Notes: generated by a model not told the origin, from the sequence alone. A stretch of DNA of 64,000 nt from Candidatus Bathyarchaeota archaeon (GCA_963811105.1 CAWEPZ010000008.1:7672-71671), one strand, 5' to 3'. Shown: positions 30,759 through 40,362, counted from the stretch's first letter. Made by a program: numbers and translations.

Positions 30759-31778
30759 TTGAAGGCTCGTGAAGGCGACTTAATCAAAACAAAGAGTAAT
30801 GTGGTTTTTGACGTTAAAGGTTTAGTTCACCCCGCAGACAAAATTATTGCTTTTCCCCGCTTTATTCCTTCACCGATGGGTACCAGAAGGGGTGATAACG
30901 GTGCCTATGGCAAAGTCTACAACCTCGGTGACAGGTTCAAGTATCTGCAAGAAAACCAGCCTGATCTCATCGTTTTTGACCCTGTCTTCGGCGAAACAAT
31001 GTGCGAAGTCCCAGTTACAGATATAGCTGAGCAGTATAAACCTGAAGAAAAACTTTGGTCGCTGCGTTCATCCAAAGATCTTACGGTTTTGGAGAACAAG
31101 GCTTTGCAGCTGGCTGAACTCCTGAAGGTAGAGGCCGCCATTCCCTGGAGCAGCATTGGGATTTCTGGGTCGATCATGGCGGGTTTAACTACTGATAAAT
31201 CAGACATTGATCCATTAATTTATGGGGTGGAGAACTGTCGAAAAGCCTACGCTGCACTGCAGGAGTTGCTGGGGAAGTCGGATTCTGGGTTCAAACCTTA
31301 CAGCCGAGAAGAACTTGTGGAACTTTTCGATTTTCGTTCGAAAGACACACAAATGAGCTTAGAAGACTTCGTTTTAGTCGAAAGTCGCAAGGCGTTTCAA
31401 GGCAAATTCATGGGAACTGACTATTTTATTCGTTTCGTGAAGGAATGGAACGAAATAAACGAACATTATGGGGATGTGTGGTTCAAGAACAGTGGCTATG
31501 CAAAAGTAACCGCCAAAATAGCCGATGCCACCGACTCGCTTTTCACTCCGTGCACCTACAAGCTTCAAGATGTCCGAGTTGTTGAAGGACCCAAATTGGC
31601 CCCAATAACTGAAATTGTTTCTTTCCGCGGCAGGTTCTGTGAGCAAGCAGCAAACGGCGAAGCGGTTGAGGCTCAGGGAAAAGTTGAATTAGTAACCAAC
31701 AGGAAAATGGGCTGCGAATATTTCCGTTTGATATTGGGCAATAAGCCGTCGGATTATTTGGTTCTTTCACATGGTTAA
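30759..31778 (+). CDS. Pol-beta-superfamily nucleotidyltransferase, paralogue A
   Basis: GISGSIMAGLTTDKSDID (GS..DxD); C-terminal OB-like segment SFRGRFCEQA..GE.VEAQGKVE. Confidence 0.85.
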   Translation: MKAREGDLIKTKSNVVFDVKGLVHPADKIIAFPRFIPSPMGTRRGDNGAYGKVYNLGDRFKYLQENQPDLIVFDPVFGETMCEVPVTDIAEQYKPEEKLWSLRSSKDLTVLENKALQLAELLKVEAAIPWSSIGISGSIMAGLTTDKSDIDPLIYGVENCRKAYAALQELLGKSDSGFKPYSREELVELFDFRSKDTQMSLEDFVLVESRKAFQGKFMGTDYFIRFVKEWNEINEHYGDVWFKNSGYAKVTAKIADATDSLFTPCTYKLQDVRVVEGPKLAPITEIVSFRGRFCEQAANGEAVEAQGKVELVTNRKMGCEYFRLILGNKPSDYLVLSHG

Positions 31779-32848
31779 TGCTGCACTTTGAGGACTTGTT
31801 CGTAGTAGCGTGGACAGTAGGTTAAGGTAATCTGGTAGCATGTTTCTCTTGGTGTTGTGACTTCTTCAAGGTTGCCTTCAACAATTATGACTTCGTCTTT
31901 TTGGGCTTGCTGGCGGAACTCTTCCATGAAAGAGATAACCCGCCGTGCCTGAAGTCCAACTGGGTCACCGCTTAAAACTTCCAAGGCTTTGATGCCGTAA
32001 ATTGATGGAATAAAGGGTGCTTCACCGTCCGACGTGACTTTGGCTTTTAGTTTTATCCAGCCTTTAGATGTAATTTTCGTTTTTGGGTCGTATTCAGATT
32101 TAATTTCGCCCCAAGCCTTCACCGGTTCAAACTCAGCTTTGATAGTTCTGCCGCTGGCTTTATCATCATATAACCCGTAGATTTGTTTTCTTCGCTGATG
32201 CCAAACAAAGTCTTCAGTAGTGAAGTTTTTAAACCGCCAATCCTTACCCGCCATGGCTTTATCTGATTCAAACTCGTTAGTCAAACACGAACGCTTATCA
32301 GCATACAAGGCTTCAAGCGCTTTTCGCATTTTGCAATTTTCATTTTTGCCATAAACCACAAGATCGATATCTGAGAATTTTGGGTGATGAAAACCATGCA
32401 ACATGGAGCCGAAAACTCCGAAGTTTGAAGTTTTTAACCCTGATTTTTTGGTTACTTTATCAAGCACTTTTTGCATTGCTAAGATGAGTTCATCTTTTGA
32501 TTCAGTTCTAATTATTTCTTGCAATCTTTCTTCTGGTTTTCTTGTTTGCGCGATTTCAGCTTCATTTATGCCAATAACTTTTCGGCGCAGCATGTCGTGA
32601 TAAACGGTGTATTTTTGGAAAGAGTTGGCAATTAGTTTCCATCCTTCATCGTTATAGAATTTGTAGAAGATTTTGTTTCTGCCTGTTCTTTGCGCTCGAG
32701 CGTCATTTGAGGTGAAAATGTTTGAAGAGGCATATTCAGCATCACAAATGTATGCTTGTGGCGGGTGAGAGTATCCAAAGACGCGGAAAATCAAGCCTTC
32801 ACTCGTCTCTATACCGTCTCGGTCACGCAGTTTTATGCTATTGGCCAT
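31775..32848 (-). CDS. Nucleotidyltransferase, paralogue B
   Basis: GVFGSMLHGFHHPKFSDID; same architecture as paralogue A. Confidence 0.85.
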   Translation of the reverse strand: MANSIKLRDRDGIETSEGLIFRVFGYSHPPQAYICDAEYASSNIFTSNDARAQRTGRNKIFYKFYNDEGWKLIANSFQKYTVYHDMLRRKVIGINEAEIAQTRKPEERLQEIIRTESKDELILAMQKVLDKVTKKSGLKTSNFGVFGSMLHGFHHPKFSDIDLVVYGKNENCKMRKALEALYADKRSCLTNEFESDKAMAGKDWRFKNFTTEDFVWHQRRKQIYGLYDDKASGRTIKAEFEPVKAWGEIKSEYDPKTKITSKGWIKLKAKVTSDGEAPFIPSIYGIKALEVLSGDPVGLQARRVISFMEEFRQQAQKDEVIIVEGNLEEVTTPRETCYQITLTYCPRYYEQVLKVQH

Positions 32849-33870
32849 ATGTATTCTTCCTCTGATGTTGCTGTTCCAACAACCACTTGATAATAAACTT
32901 CATCTGAAGTTGTTGATTCCACTCGTTCCAGTTTGCCCGCGACTTTAATCTCGCTTCCTTTGCGGGCTATGTTTCTGTAGCAGCCTATATTTGAAACAAC
33001 CTGAACTGGAATTTTGTCTAAATCAAGCTCTGACTGCTCATCTTGCGGTTTGTAGCCTGAAATCTTGTATATAGCTGGACGATACATAGTTTCAGTATCA
33101 TCGCAAACAGTTGCTTGGAATCGCACCGGGTCAAGCGGAATATAGCGGTAGGCTCCATATTTCTCCTTGACTTGTTCAGTTTTTTTGGTAGCGTTATACA
33201 TGAAGATTTTGCCCAGGTATTTTCCCTGGAATTTTCTTGCAGCTTCCAACCGGTTGCCGATAATGTAACTTAATTTTGCAGTAGTTAACAAGCCTGGCTA
33301 TAGCCTCTTCCACTAAACGGAAGTTTTCTGTGCCGTAAATAACGAAATCTATGTCTGATTCTGGTGCATGCATGTTCAAGGCGATGGAACCGTGGACTCC
33401 AAAATCTCTTAAATAGTATGTCCTGATTCCTTTGATATTAAATGAATTAGGCTCAGAGCCATTTGTTGGAGTTTGTCTTTTTTTGGCAGGTTTTGCAGCC
33501 AGACCAAGCGGTCTTTGGGAACAAAAACCTGCTGGATTAATTCGAGGGGTGCAGTGATTAATTCTTTGTTTCGGTAGGGGCAGAAGTAAAGGTAATCGGG
33601 AAAGTTTTTGCGGAAAGCTTCAATAAAAGTCTGGTAGTTTTTTGCAGTGTAGAGTTTTTCTGCTCTGAAAAGCTGGTTATCGCCAAACGTCCAGGTTCTC
33701 TCCAACATTTCAACGTCAAAAAGCTCCTTGTATTTGGCTGGGATATATTTGAGGAATGCGAAAACGCGGTCGTCTGGATGCTCGTACCCAAAAGTGTTGA
33801 GTATAAAGCCATCTTTGGTTACGAAGGTGTCTCCATCCATTGGAACCCAGATATCTTCAGTTATATTCAT
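32833..33870 (-). CDS. Nucleotidyltransferase, paralogue C; two indels (about 33420 and 33285)
   Basis: Three consecutive ORF pieces join into one protein with [19 protein letters not shown] and C-terminal [18 protein letters not shown]. Confidence 0.8.
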
Positions 33871-33939
33871 GCCCCGCGGAATAAGATTAAAAGTGAAGAT
33901 TAAAAAAGTTATTGCATTAAACGAATCTTGAGATAGAGC

Positions 33940-35284
33940 TTAATAATATTTTTTTGCCATTTTCTTTGCTTCAATAGCTTCTGGTGAATTGTCGTCCAAT
34001 GTGTCTGGGGTCTTTTGCTGTTCTTCTAGATTTTCTTTGGAGGTGTTTATTTTGTTTTTCGCGTTCTCTTTCTTTGTTTTCTTAAGTGCATTGGCAATAT
34101 ATTTGTTTAATTCAATATTTTTTATTATTTTATCGGATAGGGTTTCGGGTGCGTAAGCTAACGGCAGAATTGCTATAAACAAGAAGATAGCTGCAAAGGA
34201 AAAAACCGATTTTTCGCCTCCCATGACTGCAGCTATGTCTGTGCCAACAATAATACGCGTAATGTTTGAGAGAAGGTATGGCAATATGCCTAGGACATAA
34301 TATTTTTCGCTGCTTTTTTCCTGTGCTATGTCTCCCCAAATTGTAAATATGAATAGCATGGAAAATACGCCCCAGGCAATACCATCCACGCATACGTAAA
34401 ACCAAGCGGTAAGGTAGCCGCCGAAAGTCAAGCTTGCATAGCCTAATCCTAATAGGGCAAATGCTATCAAAGCTAAGCGTTTTCGACCACTCTTGTCAGC
34501 TAGAACTCCACAAACTATAGCAGATACTCCTGCCAAAATATTTTCGATAAGTATAAAATTTTGACCAAAAAATACAGGGAATTGGTTACTACCAAAGTAA
34601 TTAGAGTTCATTTTTTGTGTTAAGTCGTTGATAAGAGAGAACATGAACCATGGCACAATGTACAGCAGAAAAGTCTTATTTGAAATAATTGAACGGTAAG
34701 ATACGCGGTCTTTTGGGGCCAATTCTTTTTCAGGAAGCTTCAAACGTGTGAGTAAAATTAATCCTATAATCAGCCAAATTGATAAAGTGCTGGCTGTAAT
34801 TAGAGTTTGAGCGGTTCCTACTGATGGACAGAATGAAGAAGCCTAAGGCCATTAAAAGAATTATTATACCGCTAAACTTAGCGCGATTTTGTGGCTCGGT
34901 GTTTGCGGTATAGTATCCTATGCACACGGGCATTCCAAGCCCGAAATAGACACCTAAAACACTTGCAAGTATCAAGAGTATTGTGAAGCCTGCCAAATTG
35001 ATAAATGCAAATAATAATGAAAGCAAAACACCTGCAAGCACCCAATACTTAAGGAAAACTAGGCGTTGCTTGAATCTGCCAAATGATGTTGAGATTACTG
35101 CTGATAAAACCAAAGCGAAGAAATTAACGGCAACTACGGACAGTAGATCTTCTGGACGGGCGGCATCTTTTAGAAAAGTATATGTGGTAAGATACCACAC
35201 AAAGACGTTCGCTACTAAAAAAGTACTGACTAACGTGTTCTTTGATGTTGATTGAAGCTTCTTAATGATCCCGTGGTTTAGCAT
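33940..35284 (-). CDS. MFS transporter; indel near 34826
   Basis: Two ORFs join into about 12 TM helices; motif A GVLADKSGRKRL in the second half. Confidence 0.82.
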
Positions 35285-35416
35285 CTCTATCGTATTGAGC
35301 TACCTATTCTTAGTTAACCATTAAGGCTTAATAAACTATAAACAGTCCTTTGAATCCACATTTATAATCCACAACAAAACATTTCACTAACCAAAAAATA
35401 TAAACACATTTCAAGG

Positions 35417-36437
35417 TCACATTTCAGCACTTAAAGCCTCAAGCAAAATCGTCAACTCTTTCGCTCTCTTACTGTCTTTGAGCAGCAAATTGCTTGCCAA
35501 TTCATTTTCACCAAGTTTCCGTAATTCAGCTTTTAGTTTTTGAACTTCAATGGAGTTTAATGTAGTTTTAGCGATGAATTTTAGATTTTTAGATGAAATC
35601 CTGTTTTCTTTGACAAATGGGAGAAATTGTTCTTTTATTTTCGGGTTTTGTAGTGCATAAAGCATGGGGTATGGGGGTAGTTCATTTTTGATTCTGTGTG
35701 CAAGTTCAGAGGGGGTCACAAGGTCAACAAATTCTTCCTTCAACGTTGACAATATCCCAATTAATCGACCATAATTAGTCAAATCCTCAATCATCTTCTC
35801 GTCTGCACCAGCAAAAACCCCGCCAATTCTGCAGTGAAGCCCAGCTATAACCCCTTTTAGCCTAATTACCTTAAAATATTCCTCGGGTGTTACATCTGCT
35901 TTCTTCCATAATTCTACTTCCACAGATTCTGCCTTGATTATTTCAGTCATTGATTTTAGAACAAAAGCTGTGACTACCTTTTTCTGATCATTTGTTAAGG
36001 ATTCGCAGTTTTGTAGTGCTACAGTGCCTTCGAAGTAGTAAGGTGTCGCCTGCGAGAAGAGCAACATCTCTACCATATTTACCGAAAATGGTTTTTGTTT
36101 CGAATTTCTCAATCGAATTGTCAATGATGTCATCGTGGATGTCTCCTGCTGCGGTCATCAGCATCATGGCAGTGGCCAAAGGTTTTGTTTTTTCAGGGTT
36201 TCCTCCTCCGGCTTTGCAGGAGAGATACAAAAGGGCTGGGAAAATCGGCAATACATTTGGCAAAATTTCTGTAGCATAATAATTTAGTGCATTGGAGATT
36301 GTTCCCTTGGCTTCTTGACCCTCACGAATCTTTTTGGAAGCTGCATCTAACACAGATTTGCCTCTGTGGTTAATAATTTCCAGAGCTTTTTCTGTTAGCG
36401 AGTAGGGTTTCATATCTTTACCGTGTCGGGTTTGCAT
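35417..36437 (-). CDS. Polyprenyl-synthase-fold prenyltransferase (ComQ-like); indel near 36035
   Basis: FARM DIHDDIID intact, ALLAGD.L conserved; GKRxRP, post-FARM RRG and SARM DDxxD absent (SARM reads LKEEFVD); alternative start at 36413. Confidence 0.82.
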
Positions 36438-36501
36438 TTCTAATTAATAATTGATTTTTCAAAAAAGTAAATTGAAATTTGTGTATCGTTTTTGTCGACA
36501 T

Positions 36502-36558
36502 TTACCAGCCGCCCCAATTCGCTGGTGTGGCTCTTGTTATAGCTTTTTTCTGGTTCAT
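36502..36558 (-). CDS. 18-aa peptide MNQKKAITRATPANWGGW (candidate prenylated-peptide precursor)
   Basis: ATG at 36558, TAA at 36502-36504; GAGGTGA SD 5 nt upstream; first gene before the prenyltransferase. Confidence 0.65.
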   Translation of the reverse strand: MNQKKAITRATPANWGGW

Positions 36559-36563
36559 TAATT

Positions 36564-36570
36564 TCACCTC
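36564..36570 (-). promoter_or_regulatory. Shine-Dalgarno sequence GAGGTGA of the peptide gene
   Basis: Canonical archaeal SD, 5-nt spacer to ATG 36558. Confidence 0.7.
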
Positions 36571-36871
36571 TATTTTGATGACGGTTTTGATAGGTTTTGT
36601 TTTCAATCCTCTGCGTCATTAGAAATAATATCGTGTCTCGTAATATATAAGCATAGGAGTAAAGAGACCAGGGTAGGAGCTGTATAAAACAAAACAACAA
36701 TCTAACAATACAACAGTACAACAAGAATACACTTTAACACATAATAAACCAGTTGATAGAAGCACAACAAATCCTGTGCAAACAACATAAAAAAAATTAC
36801 TCCCCCTTAGAAGCTAATTTATTTTTCATCAGTTGTTTGCCTTACACAGAGAAAATATGTTTTTTGAAATT

Positions 36872-37046
36872 GTTCCGCGTGACAAACCCGAGGTATCAAC
36901 CACTCTTCACAACAAAGGCAAAAGGATAAGGTTTCGGCTTTGCCGTATATAAACTATTAATAGAAGCACAGAATAGCACAATAACTTTTGAAAGCGAAGA
37001 AAACAATGGAACCAAATTCACTATAACTCTGCCAATCGCAAAATAA
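36872..37046 (+). pseudogene. Histidine kinase HATPase_c C-terminal remnant
   Basis: Frame from 36897: QPLFTTKAKG*GFGFAVYKLLIEAQNSTITFESEENNGTKFTITLPIAK*; matches the C-terminus of the kinase at 6408-8105; internal TAA at 36927. Confidence 0.8.
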
Positions 37047-37199
37047 CCAATCTTCTTAACATAAATGCATCTGAAAGACAAGGCAAGCCCACCATTGCCT
37101 TGCGAAAAAAGAATATAGGACAAAGCACTGTTTCTCTTGTTAAAAAGACTCTGGTGAAACAATACGGTCTCATCTAACGCTGAAGAAAACAACAACGAA

Positions 37200-38306
37200 A
37201 TGGTTGTTACACCTTGGGAAGTAAAAGGCAAAGTAGACTACGAACGCTTAATCCGTGAATTCGGCACCCAACCCTTAACTCCCCAACTGCTTGAAAGAGT
37301 AGAAAAACATACTGACAAACTCCACCTACAACTTGAAAGACGCATTTTCTTCAGCCACCGAGACCTCGACACCGTCCTAGACCTCTACGACAAAGGCATA
37401 AAATTCGTCCTCTACACAGGCAGAGGACCATCAGGGCCAGTTCACATCGGACACCTCGTCCCATGGATATTCACACTTCACATCCAACAAAAATTCAACA
37501 CAAGACTCTATTTTCAAATAACCGATGATGAAAAATACCTCATAAGCGATGACGCAGACCTCAAAAAAACAAGCAAATACTCCTACGAAAACGCTTTAGA
37601 CCTAATAGCGCTCGGATTCAAGCCAGAGAACACATTCATCATCTACGACACCAAAGACATCGACTTACTATACGAAATCACGTTGGAAGTAGCTAAGCGC
37701 ATAACTTACAGCACAGCACGAAGCAGCTTTGGTTTCCAAGACAGCACCAACATAGGTTGGGTCTTCTGGCCAGCAATCCAAGCCGCACCATGCTTCATTC
37801 ACAAAAAACTCACAGGCGAAAACGTCCCAGCGCTCATCCCAGCAGCCATCGACCAAGACCCCTATTGGCGAGTAACCCGCGACATAGCTCAAAAACTCGG
37901 CTACTATAAACCAGCACAAATCCACTGCCGCTTCCTACCTGGTTTAGGAGCAGGCGGAAAAATGAGTGCATCAATGCCTGAAACCAGCATATTCACTGTT
38001 GACCCTCCAGATGTGGTTAAAAAGAAGATTTGGAACGCATTCACAGGCGGCAAAGGCACAGCAGCTGAGCAACGAAAAACAGGCGCAGACCCAACAGTCT
38101 GCAGCATCTTCCAATACTATTTCTTCCTCGTTGAAGAAGAAAGCAGCAAATTAGCTGAACGCGAACGCAGGTGCCGAGGAGGCGAAATTCTATGCGGCGA
38201 ATGCAAAAAAGATCTAGCAGAAAAACTCAACAAATTTCTGCAAGGGCATCAGGAACGTCGCGAAAAAGCCAAAGATGTAATCGAACAATACCATATAAAA
38301 CGTTAA
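37200..38306 (+). CDS. trpS: Tryptophan--tRNA ligase
   Basis: YTGRGPSGPVHIGH (HIGH), AIDQDPYWR, KMSAS. Confidence 0.97.
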   Translation: MVVTPWEVKGKVDYERLIREFGTQPLTPQLLERVEKHTDKLHLQLERRIFFSHRDLDTVLDLYDKGIKFVLYTGRGPSGPVHIGHLVPWIFTLHIQQKFNTRLYFQITDDEKYLISDDADLKKTSKYSYENALDLIALGFKPENTFIIYDTKDIDLLYEITLEVAKRITYSTARSSFGFQDSTNIGWVFWPAIQAAPCFIHKKLTGENVPALIPAAIDQDPYWRVTRDIAQKLGYYKPAQIHCRFLPGLGAGGKMSASMPETSIFTVDPPDVVKKKIWNAFTGGKGTAAEQRKTGADPTVCSIFQYYFFLVEEESSKLAERERRCRGGEILCGECKKDLAEKLNKFLQGHQERREKAKDVIEQYHIKR

Positions 38307-38328
38307 AGAATTCAATAAAACGTTAAAG
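38295..38328 (+). repeat. 14-bp direct repeat duplicating the last trpS codons
   Basis: ataaaacgttaaag at 38295-38308 and 38315-38328. Confidence 0.7.
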
Positions 38329-38336
38329 TCTCAGCT

Positions 38337-38522
38337 CTATTTTCTTTTCCGAAATAGTTTTCTTCCATCCATCTCGGTAACATATTCAAAGCCTACTTCT
38401 ACCAACTTTACAGCTTGATCGACCGTTGCAGCCAACTTGACTTCATATTGATCATTAAATTCAAGGATCGCAGCCTCAAGATTGGCGTGCAATTGCGTAT
38501 TCAAAACGCTCTTGTGACCTGC
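38337..38522 (-). pseudogene. Tyrosine recombinase/integrase C-terminal remnant
   Basis: AGHKSVLNTQLHANLE...YEVKLAATVDQAVKLVEVGFEYVTEMDGRKLFRKRK*; GH..I..T..Y box with His at the catalytic Tyr position; no start codon or N-terminal part. Confidence 0.8.
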
Positions 38523-38605
38523 GTGTTATAGTATAGTATCAGTCACAAGAGTTTTTAAACAAAACAAATCATAACAAGCAAGTAAGCTATAAGGAGAATA
38601 AGAAA

Positions 38606-39392
38606 ATGCGTAAAAAATCAAGTATTTTTATTTCGAGCTTGTTTATTGCAATGCTATTACTTTCAACGTCAGCTCTTGCTATTTTCAAGCGTTCAAGCAC
38701 AAGGCAACGCTACAGTCACAGTTACAGACGTAACCGGGGGCACAACCGATAATCCAGGAACTAGCACCTATGCCGATGGAACCTCTTTTACAATAACCGC
38801 CACACCAAATGGCCAATATGCCTTTGTAGATTGGATAGTATCGACTGATTCAGGCTCAACCAACTATTTTGACAACCCATTAACAATAACGTTAACTGGC
38901 GGAACGACCTACACAATGCAACCAGAATTTCAGATAATAATTGCCCCTCCAGGCGGCAATCTTCCAGCTCAGAATAACAATGCCGCTATCGTAGTTGTTT
39001 TAGCATCAGCAGGAGGAACAACCACCCCAGCGCCAGGTGCATACGCAATAGCTGACGCAACAAATATGAAGTTAACGGCAACAGCAAACAGCGGCTGGCA
39101 ATTCTCACAATGGACAATCTCCGGTGCACCGACAACACATGGAGGCTACCCCACTGACTACACTCCAACAGACAACCCCTACACAGTTGGCCACGGCTAC
39201 GGATACACATACTACTATCAACCAGTATTCACTCCAGTTGGAAGCCCAGGTTCATCGGCGTCACCTTCATCTTCACCTGCAGGCATGATTGGCGGATTAT
39301 CAACTGAAACATGGATCATCATCGCATTAGTCATCGTACTCATTGTAATGGCAATTGGCTTTGCAGCATATACGATGAGAAGTAGAAAATAG
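38606..39392 (+). CDS. Surface protein with two InlB-B/Flg_new-like repeats; +1 indel in T-run at 38682-38685
   Basis: ATG 38606 gives MRKKSSIFISSLFIAMLLLSTSALAI, which joins SSVQAQG if one T is removed; ITATP...F..W repeats; C-terminal TM and RSRK. Confidence 0.75.
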
Positions 39393-39595
39393 GTTTCCTC
39401 TTTTTTTTCTTTTTAATAATCACCAATAACATTCTTTTTTAAACTTTTACATTCAGAAACAGAGTCATTACTAACCAGCAATTTGAAACAATGTTTGGCT
39501 AAGATGGATTGTCTGTTTGTTGTTTGTGGTATGCACGTATGTCCTAATGCTAGCAGCACCTAACGAACCTATCCAACAATCCAGAAAATGAATCG

Positions 39596-39653
39596 ATAGA
39601 AGAGTGATGGCTCCTCCAATTACTGGCGAGCCATGATTAAGGGCTTCTTAATT
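39596..39653 (-). repeat. Dispersed palindromic element, copy 2
   Basis: Reverse complement aattaagaagcccttaatcATGGCTC-N14-GAGCCATcactcttctat. Confidence 0.75.
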
Positions 39654-40030
39654 TATTGTTAATTTAACTAGGCCTTGTGATGTTTGCGGAAGGATGACCG
39701 GCGGAGCTGCTAAGTTCTGCCCAAACTCTCAAATTTACTTCTGCTTCCTATGCTCATATCAATTAATGTCGGTAAAGGGAAAATTGACTTTGGAGTGCCC
39801 TATTCGCGGTGGAGAACTGGCTTTTCCAGAGTAAAAACAAAAAGAAAAAGGAGGATTCCTCTTCTATCCTGGCGAAAACCTGCTTCTCTTATGGGAAGGA
39901 TTTTTCTTGGCGATTGAGGATATGTTAAAGTCCGCTGAACTGTACATATATTTTTTAAAAAAATAAACGGTTGTGTGTGGCTATTACAGCAACAAAAAAA
40001 GAAAAGGTTTTTGTGGTTTTTTGTTTACGT

Positions 40031-40195
40031 CTATTTTTTCCTAAGCAACATTAAACCGACGATGACGATCGCGATAATAATGGCGATTACTCCACCAACA
40101 ATGTAAATCATTAGATCTGTTGCAGTTGCGGCATTCAGAGGTTGAGCGGCTGATGTTGTGGTTGGTGAAATTTGCGGGTTTACGACGTTTGCGTG
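40031..40195 (-). pseudogene. Orphan C-terminal fragment (linker, TM anchor, stop) of a beta-propeller surface-protein gene
   Basis: HANVVNPQISPTTTSAAQPLNAATATDLMIYIVGGVIAIIIAIVIVGLMLLRKK*, homologous to the end of 46390-48993. Confidence 0.85.
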
Positions 40196-40300
40196 GGGGC
40201 GGTGGTCCTACATGGGACCAACTTTACCCTAACACAAATCCCAACTGGAACGCTCAAGAAAGCTTCACACCATACGTTCAAGGACCAAGCAGCCCTTGGG
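40195..40300 (+). pseudogene. Internal fragment of another beta-propeller gene, inverted
   Basis: GGGGPTWDQLYPNTNPNWNAQESFTPYVQGPSSP aligns with GGGANWPAYTNIYESNYKFVPYVQAPTSA of 46390-48993. Confidence 0.7.
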
Positions 40301-40362
40301 GGATACAAAGTTCTTGAAAAATTTATAAGTTTATTTGATTAAATATATAACGAAGCGGTTAA

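Noticed and set aside
36440-36724. 94-aa minus-strand ORF over the peptide gene
   Set aside because: TTG start, no SD, no recognisable domain. The internal GAGGTGA-ATG in another frame explains the region better.
36896-37231. 111-aa minus-strand ORF
   Set aside because: Antisense shadow of the histidine-kinase relic and the trpS start.
39596-39653. Fluoride (crcB) riboswitch or C/D-box k-turn reading of the palindromic element
   Set aside because: GATGGC pairs in a simple stem, not the crcB pseudoknot, and the box D/tandem G-A geometry does not fit.
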